NCBI GenBank assembly: GCA_965205485.1
Contig: OZ242180.1
Coordinates: 3,296,001 to 3,360,000, forward strand
From: Candidatus Latescibacterota bacterium
GTDB lineage: Bacteria > Latescibacterota > UBA2968 > GCA-2709665
Direction: 5' to 3'
Length of the DNA: 64,000 nt
Positions 1 through 9,056 of the stretch are shown here, in pieces. The notes beneath the pieces are model-generated. The model worked only from the letters and a program-made list of their open reading frames with translations, was not told the DNA's origin and did no database searches. Every line of letters begins with the position of its first letter. The first letter of the stretch is position 1. A program made the position numbers and the translations under genes.

Positions 1-802
1 TCTGCCTGCCTACGCGAGCGAGTTTTACAAGCAATCGGGACGCGAGCGTCTTGCTGTCGTTCGTACCGCGGTGGCGTCCGCCGCCGGGAGGATTCCGGTG
101 GTCGGCCAGTCGAACCACCCTTCGGCCCGGCAGGCGGCGAATTTCGCGCGGGCAAACGCGGATGCCGGCGCCGACGTGATCAGTTTCGCGATTCCGAGAC
201 AGTTCGGCACGACGGATGCGGACCTGCTGGCCTATTGCCGGACGATCTGTGACGCGGTGCAGGTCCCGATCCTGATACAGGATTTCAATCCGGGCGGGCC
301 CACCGTCGATGGCGCCTACTGCCGCCGGCTTCGCGAATCCTGCGACAATTTCAGGTATATCAAGCTGGAGGAACCGCTTCTGGGTCGCAAGCTTCGCGGC
401 ATTCGGGAGGAAACGAGCGACCAGGTCGCCGTGCTGGAGGGTTGGGGCGGCATGTATATGCCTGACCTGTTCGAGTGGGGCGTTGCGGGCGTGATGCCGG
501 GGCTCGGGCACGCCGACGTGATGAATCGGATCTGGGAACTGGGGTCGGCCGGTGACGTGGACGGCGCACTGGACGTGTTCGATGGGGTCCTGGCGCAGAT
601 CGTCTTCTCCCTTCAGGATATGGAGCTCTATCTGACGGTGGAGAAGCGGCTGTTGGCCGCCAGGGGAATTATCAGACATTCAACGGTGCGCAGCCTCGCA
701 TTGACGCCGGACCGGGAAACACTGTTGCACGCGGACCGGCTGAATGAACGCGTGTTGCGGGCCGCCGACCGGTTGGGCTTGGCGCGGCAACCTCTGGACT
801 GA
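1..802 (+). CDS. Dihydrodipicolinate synthase (DapA/NanA) family aldolase, 5'-truncated by the window edge
   Basis: Frame is open from base 2 (LPAYASEFYK...). Contains ILIQD and the Schiff-base Lys region RYIKLEE, plus GVAGVMPG. Confidence 0.85.
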   Translation, partial: LPAYASEFYKQSGRERLAVVRTAVASAAGRIPVVGQSNHPSARQAANFARANADAGADVISFAIPRQFGTTDADLLAYCRTICDAVQVPILIQDFNPGGPTVDGAYCRRLRESCDNFRYIKLEEPLLGRKLRGIREETSDQVAVLEGWGGMYMPDLFEWGVAGVMPGLGHADVMNRIWELGSAGDVDGALDVFDGVLAQIVFSLQDMELYLTVEKRLLAARGIIRHSTVRSLALTPDRETLLHADRLNERVLRAADRLGLARQPLD

Positions 803-859
803 CCCGAAGTGCGAGTTTTCGCTTGCCTGAGGGAAAAGAACAGGCTAAATTGTCCACGT

Positions 860-1300
860 ATGAAAGTGCGCCCGCGGCAGTGGCGAGGTCATCGGTCGAA
901 CGAGGAGTCATTTTCCGGTATGCGAGGACCCCGATACAACACGGTGCTGGAGCGGTGTCATCCCCGAACGGAGACGGTGCCGCTGTCATTCATCCTCCGG
1001 CATTCGCTCGATCCCGATCCCTATGCGAACATGGATCTGGACGTTGAAAAACTGGATGCCGTCAAGAACGTGATCGAGCCCACGCTGACCGGCCGCAAGT
1101 ACGAGGTACTGCTCCTTCGCTCGCAGGGCAAGTCCATGGCGGAAATCGCGATGCTGCTCTCCGTCTCCAAGAGTACGGTCCGGAACTATTACCTTCAGGC
1201 GATAAAGCAGGTACGCGAGGCGCTGGGCGTCGAAACGGAACCGAAAGGGACGCCTGTCCGTAAGGACGAAAACGAAACGGTTTCGCCGGCTACGGCGTAG
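860..1300 (+). CDS. Small protein with a C-terminal sigma-70 region 4 / LuxR-type HTH
   Basis: LTGRKYEVLLLRSQGKSMAEIAMLLSVSKSTVRNY is a LuxR/sigma-4 HTH pattern. Start uncertain (809 GTG, 860 ATG or later). Confidence 0.65.
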   Translation: MKVRPRQWRGHRSNEESFSGMRGPRYNTVLERCHPRTETVPLSFILRHSLDPDPYANMDLDVEKLDAVKNVIEPTLTGRKYEVLLLRSQGKSMAEIAMLLSVSKSTVRNYYLQAIKQVREALGVETEPKGTPVRKDENETVSPATA

Positions 1301-1399
1301 CAGTCCGTTGTTAAAGTCGCTCTGCAGGCGAGGCCGAGCAACGCAGGTTTTCGACCGCAAGGGCCGGCCGCAGCCCCGATGGGCCTTTTCAACGGGCTG
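1301..1399. mobile_element. Small TIR-bounded element (MITE family 2), full copy
   Basis: Ends CAGTCCGTTG ... CAACGGGCTG form a 9/10 inverted repeat. The first 31 nt recur in reverse complement at 36586-36616 (30/31 identical). Confidence 0.55.
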
Positions 1400-1430
1400 A
1401 TTGACGGACGGGACGGAAGGAGCGGTTACA

Positions 1431-1456
1431 GGGGCAGCTACTGGCTGTCTTTTTTT
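1431..1456 (+). terminator. Putative intrinsic terminator
   Basis: GGGCAGC-tactg-GCTGTCT hairpin followed by a T run. Confidence 0.55.
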
Positions 1457-1513
1457 GTTGGACGGTTGCACGGCTGGTCCGGCCGACATCGATTTCGAAG
1501 AAAGGAGCCTGAG

Positions 1514-1894
1514 GTGGCGGTATTCCTTCACACCAGGATTCGGGTAAGCGACCTGGACAGGTCGGCGGCGTTTTATTGCGACCATTTCGGTTTCGTGGTG
1601 AAGAGCCGGTCGGAAAAGTCGCCGGCGGGAAACCAGATCATGCACCTGGAACTGCCGGGCAACGCCCATACGCTCGAACTGACCTGGTCGGACGACTACG
1701 AGCTGAACGTGCCGGAAGATCTGATGCATCTTGCAATCGGCGTGCCGGACCTCATTGCGTTTTGTGACGGTCTCGAGACCAAGGGCATCGAAATCTGGCC
1801 CGGCGATTGGCGTGAGACGTTTCCCGCGGGACGAAAGATGGCCTTTGTGGACGACCCGGACGGATACGAGATCGAACTGCTGGAGCGGACATAA
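1514..1894 (+). CDS. VOC / glyoxalase I (lactoylglutathione lyase-like) protein
   Basis: FLHTRIRVSDLDRS...FY, LELTW, HLAIGV, FVDDPDGYEIEL. RBS AAGGAG precedes GTG at 1514. Confidence 0.88.
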   Translation: MAVFLHTRIRVSDLDRSAAFYCDHFGFVVKSRSEKSPAGNQIMHLELPGNAHTLELTWSDDYELNVPEDLMHLAIGVPDLIAFCDGLETKGIEIWPGDWRETFPAGRKMAFVDDPDGYEIELLERT

Positions 1895-1976
1895 CCAGGG
1901 GAGGCCGGCGTCCGATACGACTTACGCGTTACGTCCTTCTTCGGCTTCGGCCCAACGGGACGCGACGTCGGTGCGC

Positions 1977-2870
1977 CTATCCCCGTTTGGGTACGCGCCA
2001 GTTGGGATGCCAGACGGAGGTTTCGGGCAGGGTTTCCGCCGACCAGCTGTTCTGCATGGTTTCGAATTCCGCGAACGCCGGACCAACCACGGTCTCCCAG
2101 AGGACCTCCACGTCTTCATAGGTTCGCAGCTTGTGATCCGGCTTCCCGCTTTCGTATTCGTCGAGCAGTTCCCGGGCTTTTTCGCCCAGCCAGCGGACTT
2201 CGTCCGCCACCATGCGCTCGCCAACGCGGCGATCTGATTTCCGGACCGTTGGCCCCATTGCAAAATGAGGTCCTGGGGCGTCTTCGCGAGGCAGCCGGGA
2301 CATGTCCACGCAGTCAGGATGAAGCGCCCAGAGCAGCGACGTCTCGACCTTGCCGGCGTGGTCGCCGCCGCTTTTCCCGTCTTTATCGAAGCCGGGCTGG
2401 TTGGCTTCGTGGTCCGGAAGGCCGTAGAGCCTGGTGCCCACGTGGGGTTGCACCAGGTCGATCAGCGTTTTGAGGTCCTTCCAGTTGGGGCCATAATGAC
2501 CCGTAATAAAGATGGCGGCGTGGAATCTGAGGTGATCGGCCATCCGGATGTGGTAGCAGATGTTCTTGAAATGCTGCCAGGGCGGCATGCAGGTCATCCA
2601 GGAACGTTCGACCTGCCCCACCGTTCGCTCGAGCCACAGCGCATACCCGCCCAGTTCGTGTATGTGCCAGAAGTCCGGCGGGGCAACGATGCCGCCGTGC
2701 GCACGCGCGGCCTCGCAGGCGATGCCGTGGGCTTTTAATCCATCCAGGCCCACCGCGTCGTGGGGCCCGTGAGGTTCGCAAAGGCCGTATGTGAAGTAGA
2801 CAAGCGGGCAATCCTCCCATGCGGCTTCCAGCTGATCGGGAAACATGCGTTCCCATTGTACCTGGCGCAT
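1977..2870 (-). CDS. Creatininase family amidohydrolase
   Basis: GLCEPHGPH..GLD, GHYG, DHAGKVETS motifs. ATG at 2870 with a GAGGAG RBS; the longer ORF-track start runs through a MITE fragment. Confidence 0.88.
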   Translation of the reverse strand: MRQVQWERMFPDQLEAAWEDCPLVYFTYGLCEPHGPHDAVGLDGLKAHGIACEAARAHGGIVAPPDFWHIHELGGYALWLERTVGQVERSWMTCMPPWQHFKNICYHIRMADHLRFHAAIFITGHYGPNWKDLKTLIDLVQPHVGTRLYGLPDHEANQPGFDKDGKSGGDHAGKVETSLLWALHPDCVDMSRLPREDAPGPHFAMGPTVRKSDRRVGERMVADEVRWLGEKARELLDEYESGKPDHKLRTYEDVEVLWETVVGPAFAEFETMQNSWSAETLPETSVWHPNWRVPKRG

Positions 2871-2916
2871 TGCGCATCTCCTCTCGGATCGTCGAACTCC
2901 GGAGTTTACCGGCTGA

Positions 2917-2972
2917 GAAGTTGTTTTTAAATAGCCGGTGAGTTCCCGAGCGCGAGCGAAAAAGTGGCGGTC
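2917..2972 (-). mobile_element. MITE family 1, truncated/degenerate copy (one end only)
   Basis: gaagttgtttttaaatagccggtgagttcccgagcgcgagcgaaaaagtggcggtc matches the start of the 27760 copy. Confidence 0.8.
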
Positions 2973-4012
2973 TATTGCACCCGGCCCCGGCCGGCAACGG
3001 CCCACACGGCTTCCACAACGCCGTTCCTCACCGCGTAGGCGGTATCGTGCAGATTGGTCGTCATGCCCTGGTGCTGGGGAATGATCGAAAGGCGTTCCCC
3101 TACCTGGAACGCATGTTCGCAGGCGCTGACGTCAATATGGCCGTGTTCCACTGACATGCCGTATATTCTGGCATCGGGGTGTTCCACGATGTAACCGTAC
3201 GGGATGGGGGGGTAGCTCGCGAAGGTCTTCTGGCCGCCATCCACAATAATACGTTCGGGGGTGGGGGTGCTGACGACGGTTACGATCATGCGCTCCGCGC
3301 AGGTGACGGGGTTCGGAGGGTTGTCCGTGTGATTGATGCGGCGCATCCCCTCGAAAACGTAGGAGCCGATGCGGGTTTCGGTGCAGCCAATCTGTTTGGA
3401 AACGGCTTCGCTTCCCGTCCCGCCCCCGCTGACGACGGGCGCCGGGATGCCGGCGTCTTCCAGCAGCGCTCGTGTCCGTGTAAGAAAGGGTTCCGCCTGC
3501 GGACGGCTGGGATAGGTCATGATACCCCTGAAATGGAGGCCGGGCATCCGGACGACTTTACGGGCGAGTTCCAGGGCTGCCTCGGGAGACTGGACGCCGC
3601 ATCGATTGCCGCCGGTATCCAGTTCGATCAATACCGGGATGTCCGGATTTCCCGCCTTTTCTGAAATGCCGCGGGCCGTTGTTTCCGAATCCAGGGCTAC
3701 GGATATTGTTGCCCTCTTCCGGAGACGGACAAGGCGTTCTACTTTCCTCGCGCCAACGATGTTGTACGGAATGAGGATGTCGGCAATCCCCGCATCGGCC
3801 ATCGCCTCCGCTTCTCCGAGCTTCTGGCAGACGATACCTGCGGCGCCGGCCTCAAGCTGAAGGTGGGCGATTTCGGGGATCTTGTGGGTCTTGGTATGGA
3901 CCCGAAGCGCGATTTCGTGCCTGCGGCAGGATTCGGCCAGATCGTGGATATTTCTGGATAATATATCCAGATCTATGGTCAGCGCGGGCGTATCAAGTTC
4001 CTCGACTCGCAT
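2972..4012 (-). CDS. DSD1-family PLP-dependent enzyme (D-threonine aldolase / D-serine dehydratase-like, alanine racemase fold)
   Basis: LDTPAL, LRVHTKTHK (PLP Lys), CQKLGEAE, DTGGNRCGV, SVEHG, GRGRVQ end. Confidence 0.9.
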   Translation of the reverse strand: MRVEELDTPALTIDLDILSRNIHDLAESCRRHEIALRVHTKTHKIPEIAHLQLEAGAAGIVCQKLGEAEAMADAGIADILIPYNIVGARKVERLVRLRKRATISVALDSETTARGISEKAGNPDIPVLIELDTGGNRCGVQSPEAALELARKVVRMPGLHFRGIMTYPSRPQAEPFLTRTRALLEDAGIPAPVVSGGGTGSEAVSKQIGCTETRIGSYVFEGMRRINHTDNPPNPVTCAERMIVTVVSTPTPERIIVDGGQKTFASYPPIPYGYIVEHPDARIYGMSVEHGHIDVSACEHAFQVGERLSIIPQHQGMTTNLHDTAYAVRNGVVEAVWAVAGRGRVQ

Positions 4013-4203
4013 GGCAACTGTCCTCATCATCCAGGGATTGACGTGTGAGTGGGACGGGTAAGTTAAGCGCCGGGCGGGGATAATTCAAAGACAAAAGCAC
4101 GCGCGTGAACTTTTTTCATTTGTTGATTTCTCTTGACAGCGCCGGCCGCGCCCGGCTAATTATGAATCTGGCACTTGGCTTCACCATATCCTGAGGGGGT
4201 GTT

Positions 4204-5220
4204 TTGGCAATTCAGATCGGGTTTATCGGCGCCGGGGGTCGTGCGAGATCCCACATGCGGGTGTTACAGGCGATTGAGGACGTGGACATCATCGCGATCT
4301 GCGACGTGCGGCGGGAAACCGCCGAGCAGGTGGCGGGTGAAACCGGCGCGAGGGCGTATACGGACCATCGGAAGATGCTGGATCGTGAGCCGCTGTCCGT
4401 CCTGTATGTCTGCGTACCCACGTTTGCGCATACCGACGCCGAGATTCTGGCGGTGCGGAAGGGTGTGCATCTGTTCGTGGAAAAGCCCGTGGCGCCGACA
4501 ATGGAGAAGGCCCTCGAAATCCTGGAAGCCGTGCGGGAGGCGGGCGTATTGACCTGCGTGGGATACCAGTTGCGCTATTCCGGAATCGTACAGCAGGCGA
4601 AGGCGTTCCTGGAGGGTCGAAAGATCGGGATGGCCGCGGTCCACAGATGGGGCGGGCTGCCCGGAACCCCGTGGTGGCGCGTGATGGCGCAGTCGGGCGG
4701 CCAGATCGTCGAACAGACCACGCACCAGGTGGATCTGCTTCGCTATCTTGTGGGCGAGGTGGCGGAAGTGCACGCCTATTACGCGTTGCGTACGCTGGAT
4801 GACGAGGAAGGCCTGGATATACCGGACGTACACTCGATCAATCTGAAATTCGAGACGGGGGCAATCGGCTCATTGACCTCCACCTGCACGTTTCGAAACG
4901 GCGGGGGGACGGGACTCATGTCGTTCGTGATGAAAGACCTGCGAGCGGAATTCGGTGCGGAAGGCCTGGTGGTCTATCCTGAATCCGCCGCAGACCCGGG
5001 ACCCGTTCATCCTGACGCCGGAGATATCGACGAGGTTTTTATGGATGCCATCCGCAAGGGCGACGGGTCGGCCGTTCTGTCGGACTATGAGGACGGCGTC
5101 CGTTCACTCGACGCGACCCTCGCAGCCAACCGTTCCGCCGTCAGCGGACGGCCGGAAGCGCCCTGTCTCTCAGGTACTGGCGCCGCCGGGCGGGAACCGG
5201 CGGCCCGGTTCCGCGTGTAA
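4204..5220 (+). CDS. Gfo/Idh/MocA family oxidoreductase
   Basis: IGFIGAGG, HLFVEKP, VGYQLRY, SGGQIVEQTTHQVD. Confidence 0.92.
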   Translation: MAIQIGFIGAGGRARSHMRVLQAIEDVDIIAICDVRRETAEQVAGETGARAYTDHRKMLDREPLSVLYVCVPTFAHTDAEILAVRKGVHLFVEKPVAPTMEKALEILEAVREAGVLTCVGYQLRYSGIVQQAKAFLEGRKIGMAAVHRWGGLPGTPWWRVMAQSGGQIVEQTTHQVDLLRYLVGEVAEVHAYYALRTLDDEEGLDIPDVHSINLKFETGAIGSLTSTCTFRNGGGTGLMSFVMKDLRAEFGAEGLVVYPESAADPGPVHPDAGDIDEVFMDAIRKGDGSAVLSDYEDGVRSLDATLAANRSAVSGRPEAPCLSGTGAAGREPAARFRV

Positions 5221-5268
5221 TCATGAGTACATGAAACAGCTTCTAATGGACGTAATGGAGGTTAACCT

Positions 5269-5946
5269 ATGAAGTCACAGCGTCACCGGCGGCCGCGTAC
5301 CGGACGGATACTGGTAGATTATCTGAAGTCGATCTTCTTTGCTGTCTTTCTGGCTGTATTGATCAGGGCAACGCTGGTGCAGGCCTATCACATTCCGTCG
5401 GGTTCCATGGAAAACACGTTGATGGAGGGCGACTACGTTCTGGGCGACAAGTTGACGTTCGGTACGCAGATTCCCGATCGTCTCCCGGTTCTGAACTACA
5501 AGCTGCCTTCCTTTCGATTGCCGGGTTTTCGTTCTCCGCAACCCGGCGATCTGGTGATTTTTGAATACCCGCAGGATCCGTCCCGGGACTTCATCAAGCG
5601 TTGTATCGCGGTGGAAGGTCAAACGATCGAGATCAGGAACAAGGTTGTCTATGTCAACGGCAAGCCATTCGTGAATCCCGCGGGCGTGAAGTTCATGGAC
5701 CGGCGGACGCAGACAAGACGGTATAGCCCGCGCGACAACTACGGCCCCTATATGGTGCCTCCGGGTCATGTATTCGTGATGGGCGACAATCGGGACAACA
5801 GCGACGACAGCCGGTTCTGGGGCCCGGTGTCGCTCGACAGGGTGAAAGCGCACCCGCTGCTGATCTACTTTTCGTGGAATTCCGGAGCGCCGCTATGGAA
5901 TCCGTTCGTCAAGATTCGATGGAGACGACTGGGCATAGTGCAATGA
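5269..5946 (+). CDS. lepB: Signal peptidase I
   Basis: N-terminal TM, IPSGSMENTL (catalytic Ser), FIKRC (Lys), MGDNRDNSDDSRFWG. Confidence 0.95.
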   Translation: MKSQRHRRPRTGRILVDYLKSIFFAVFLAVLIRATLVQAYHIPSGSMENTLMEGDYVLGDKLTFGTQIPDRLPVLNYKLPSFRLPGFRSPQPGDLVIFEYPQDPSRDFIKRCIAVEGQTIEIRNKVVYVNGKPFVNPAGVKFMDRRTQTRRYSPRDNYGPYMVPPGHVFVMGDNRDNSDDSRFWGPVSLDRVKAHPLLIYFSWNSGAPLWNPFVKIRWRRLGIVQ

Positions 5947-5999
5947 TCGTCGCCCGGTGCTTTCCGCAAGCGGTGACGGGACTGTGAGTTCAGTAATAA

Positions 6000-6188
6000 G
6001 AAGCTGTTTTAAAATTCCCAGCGGTCTTCGCACGGCTGCAAAAGTGCCGGTCGGCGTTGGGCAAATCCACCCAAGAGTGGCGAGGGGCGCGCAGCCACGA
6101 TACATTAGTATATGGGCGGATTTTCCCGCCTTGACCGTCACTTTTTCGCTCGCGCTCGGGAACTCACCGGTAATTTTAAAACAGCTTC
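6000..6188 (+). mobile_element. MITE family 1, full copy (189 bp)
   Basis: Perfect 17-bp TIRs GAAGCTGTTTTAAAATT / AATTTTAAAACAGCTTC flanked by TAA on both sides; non-coding. Confidence 0.9.
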
Positions 6189-6205
6189 TAAGAAAGGCGG
6201 GCCCG

Positions 6206-6787
6206 ATGACCAGACGACATTACAGTTTCCGGTTCTGCCTCGTATTTCTCTTCGCGACGCTGAGTTGCGGCCCGATACCGGAGGACACCGCCAATAATCC
6301 AACCGACGCCGCCGATGGCGACCGGGTGTATTCCAACGATGAATGGGGATTCCGGATTACAGTCCCGGACGTGTGGGGATGGACGGCCCAGACGTCCTTC
6401 CAGACCCGGGAGCCGAATGGATTGCCCAGGGTTGAAGTGGTTATGAACCGCGAGCCGATCTCGGGATTCGTGGCCGTACTGACCTTAAGGCCTCGCGCAC
6501 TTTCGGAAAGAGCGACGCTTCAGACCGTTACGGCCGAACTCGAGGAGGAGTTCAAGGCCACCTTTCTGGGATACACGGCGCAGGAGAAGCGCACGTTTCA
6601 GATTTCCGGGCGCGAAGGCATCGAGTGGATTTTCCGGACGGTGTTTCTGCGTCGGCGGGGCGACCGGTTTCTCGTTACGGTCGTCCTGGACGGGCGAAAA
6701 GCCTATCTGATGATGGGCAACGGGACGTCCGCCGCCTTTCCCGTCGACGAGTACCAATCAATAGTGAAGTCGCTTGAATTCCGATAA
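6206..6787 (+). CDS. Putative lipoprotein, PsbP/DcrB-like fold
   Basis: Signal peptide with lipobox-like TLSC; YSNDEWGFRITVPDVW and IVKSLEFR are PsbP-like. The ORF-track extension upstream is MITE sequence. Confidence 0.65.
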   Translation: MTRRHYSFRFCLVFLFATLSCGPIPEDTANNPTDAADGDRVYSNDEWGFRITVPDVWGWTAQTSFQTREPNGLPRVEVVMNREPISGFVAVLTLRPRALSERATLQTVTAELEEEFKATFLGYTAQEKRTFQISGREGIEWIFRTVFLRRRGDRFLVTVVLDGRKAYLMMGNGTSAAFPVDEYQSIVKSLEFR

Positions 6788-6870
6788 AACCGGGACAGCG
6801 GGACGTATTTCACGCATTCCGAAGACCGCTTCTGGACGTTTTATGTATTGGAGCACTGCTGTTTAGGATA

Positions 6871-7208
6871 GGTTGAAAAAGACGATTTTGGATGCGTAAA
6901 CACCTGTTTTTCTTCAAAGTCGATTCGAAATGCCAATGCAGGTTCCCTTCTTTTGGCCACGGTTGTCCAAGACAGGAACCGATTTGGGGCCGGTGTGGTT
7001 GGCGTTCCCGGGAGCGAGGGCATCCTGCCCTCGACGTCGGATAACTCGTCGCACACGGTGTTTTGCGCGAACCGGTGTCGGATTGAATGGACGCGTCAGG
7101 ACCTCGACGCGAATAGGGATAGGTGACGCGAAGTTCGAGGGCAGGATGCCCTCGCTCCGGTTACTGGTGGGTCATGTCGTGATATCGGTTGGAAAAGACG
7201 ATTTTGGA
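6871..7208. repeat. 22-bp imperfect direct repeat pair (6871-6892 and 7187-7208)
   Basis: GGTTGAAAAAGACGATTTTGGA vs GGTTGGAAAAGACGATTTTGGA (21/22). Confidence 0.7.
7011..7158. repeat. REP-like inverted doublet (24-bp arms, 100-bp spacer)
   Basis: GGAGCGAGGGCATCCTGCCCTCGA at 7011-7034 and its exact reverse complement at 7135-7158. Each arm contains the palindrome CGAGGGCA-tcc-TGCCCTCG. Confidence 0.8.
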
Positions 7209-7341
7209 CATGTGTGGTATTGGAGAGGAGTTCACCGGCTGCCCCGCGTCCGCAATTGATACGCGGAGATACGCTCTGCTCCAAAGGGTCCCGGCGGGAT
7301 GCGTCAATGTCCCCCGCGACCCTGTTTTTTTGTTGCGCCGT

Positions 7342-8970
7342 TCAGTCCACAGGCTCACAACGTCTTCGAATTGTCACCAGGCCGAGCCCTTCGTTTTGAA
7401 GGGCTTCCCTGAAGACACTGCGCATTCGGGCCTCCGGGTCCGCTTCCTCAACCGTCCAGACCTGGTCGACGCCGCAGGCCGCCGCCAGGTTGTTGATGGC
7501 AACCACGGGTCCGGTTTTTCCGTTGACCGGGACGCCTCGATCCGGGGTGGGCTGGCCCCCTGTCGTGAGTGAACCGGCGTTGTCGAGTACCACAAGCAAC
7601 AGGTTGGCGCCGGTGGATCCGGCGTGGATCAGCGCGTTGACGCTGCTGTGATAGAAAGCCGAGTCGCCTGTAATGGCCACGGCGCGCTCCTCAATACCGG
7701 CCTTCTGGAGTCCCAGCGCCGCGCCGACGGCGGAGCCCATACACAGTTTGGTGTCGAGATATCGGGCGGCGATAACGACGCAGCCGGGATCGGCGGTAAG
7801 GAACGGGTTCTGGCCCAGCGCCGCCGCTTCTTCACGCAGCGCGGCAAGGATTTCATTGTAGGGGCAGCCGGCGCAATGCGACTTTCGGTATGGCTTTTCC
7901 TCCTGCCAGCCCGCTTCCGTGAAGACGCGCTTCGGGCTCAGGTCAGGCAGACAAGCCTTCAGCGCCTGCTGCATCTGCCAGCGGAAGAGTTCGCCTTCTC
8001 CGGGGACATGACCGCTGCGTTTGCCGATGACCGGCGGCGTGACGCCCGCGTCGTACCCGATGGTCTTGACGCCGTCTTCCAGATACGGGTCTACTTCCTC
8101 CAAAACCAGCACCTTCCTGCATCTTTTCAGGAAATCCGCGATCAGGCCGCCCGGAAGGGGATAAATGGATGCGAGTTTCAGGAATCTGAGCCCCGAGATA
8201 TCCGCGCCTTCAAGCGCGTCCTGAAGTTTATTGTGGACGAATCCCGACGCGATGACGCCCAGTTCTCCGGCGCCGTCGATCCGGTTGAAGGGAATATCCT
8301 CGAACGAGTGAGAGATGTCCTTGAGATTACGATGGAGCCGTCGGTGGTTGGGTATGCAGTTTGAGAGGGACGAAATCCAGCGCATCGGCTCTCTGTCCGG
8401 TTCCAGCGCCTGCCGGGACGCGGGTCTCCGGACAGGGTACAGGTCGGCTTCGCAGACGCTGAAGCTCCGGGTGATGCGGAGGATCACAACCGTACGGAAC
8501 GACTCGGAGAATTCGAAAGCCCAACGCATCATTCGCCGTCCTTCCGCCGGCGTCGCGGGCTCGAGCATGGGGATTTCCGCAAGGGGGGCGAAAAACCGGC
8601 CGTCCTGTTCATTCTGCGACCCCCACGCTCCCGGATCGTCGCCCATGAGGATCACCAGCCCCGCGTGAACGCCGGTCATATTCAGGACCATCAGCGTATC
8701 CAGCGCCACGTTCATACCCACGCTCTTCAAGCACACGAGTACGCGGCGGCCGCCCTGGGAGACGCCCGCGGCGACGTCCAGGGCGATGCGTTCGTTCAGA
8801 CACCACTCGGCATCGTGGCCGTATTCGTCCGCGGTGTCGGACAGCGCCGTAAACGTGCCGGTGCCCGGCGAACCGGGATATCCGGTAACGCAGCTGACAC
8901 CGGCCTCGATCGCGCCCCAGGCCAACGCCGTATCTCCATTGATTCGCATTGCATCCATCGGGGTCTCCAT
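7342..8970 (-). CDS. iorA: Indolepyruvate:ferredoxin oxidoreductase alpha-subunit-like (TPP-dependent), lacking the C-terminal ferredoxin domain
   Basis: GYPGSPGT, NERIALDVAAG, KSVGMNVALD, DDPGAWGSQNEQD, CAGCPY, GDSAFYHS...LDN (TPP motif). Start 8970 or 8958. Confidence 0.85.
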   Translation of the reverse strand: METPMDAMRINGDTALAWGAIEAGVSCVTGYPGSPGTGTFTALSDTADEYGHDAEWCLNERIALDVAAGVSQGGRRVLVCLKSVGMNVALDTLMVLNMTGVHAGLVILMGDDPGAWGSQNEQDGRFFAPLAEIPMLEPATPAEGRRMMRWAFEFSESFRTVVILRITRSFSVCEADLYPVRRPASRQALEPDREPMRWISSLSNCIPNHRRLHRNLKDISHSFEDIPFNRIDGAGELGVIASGFVHNKLQDALEGADISGLRFLKLASIYPLPGGLIADFLKRCRKVLVLEEVDPYLEDGVKTIGYDAGVTPPVIGKRSGHVPGEGELFRWQMQQALKACLPDLSPKRVFTEAGWQEEKPYRKSHCAGCPYNEILAALREEAAALGQNPFLTADPGCVVIAARYLDTKLCMGSAVGAALGLQKAGIEERAVAITGDSAFYHSSVNALIHAGSTGANLLLVVLDNAGSLTTGGQPTPDRGVPVNGKTGPVVAINNLAAACGVDQVWTVEEADPEARMRSVFREALQNEGLGLVTIRRRCEPVD

Positions 8971-9002
8971 TGGGAGTCGTTCTGATTATGGAAGGAACGA
9001 CG

Positions 9003-9031
9003 ATGGTACCCGTACATCCGGGGCTTGTCAA
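9003..9031 (-). promoter_or_regulatory. Sigma-70-type promoter for iorA
   Basis: Minus strand TTGACA-17 nt-TACCAT. Confidence 0.65.
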
Positions 9032-9056
9032 GCGGTAATGCGAATTCGGCGGATTA

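Noticed and set aside
5957..6205. N-terminal extensions in the ORF track (5957, 3005, 27732, 62370, 14120, 20948, 31420, 47841, 54887)
   Set aside because: They run through MITE, promoter or neighbouring-gene sequence. Downstream starts fit the protein families better and most have an RBS.
6930..7572. Short ORFs in the 6.8-7.3 kb spacer
   Set aside because: No RBS or motifs; they translate REP-like palindromes (GARASCPR / EGRMPSL).
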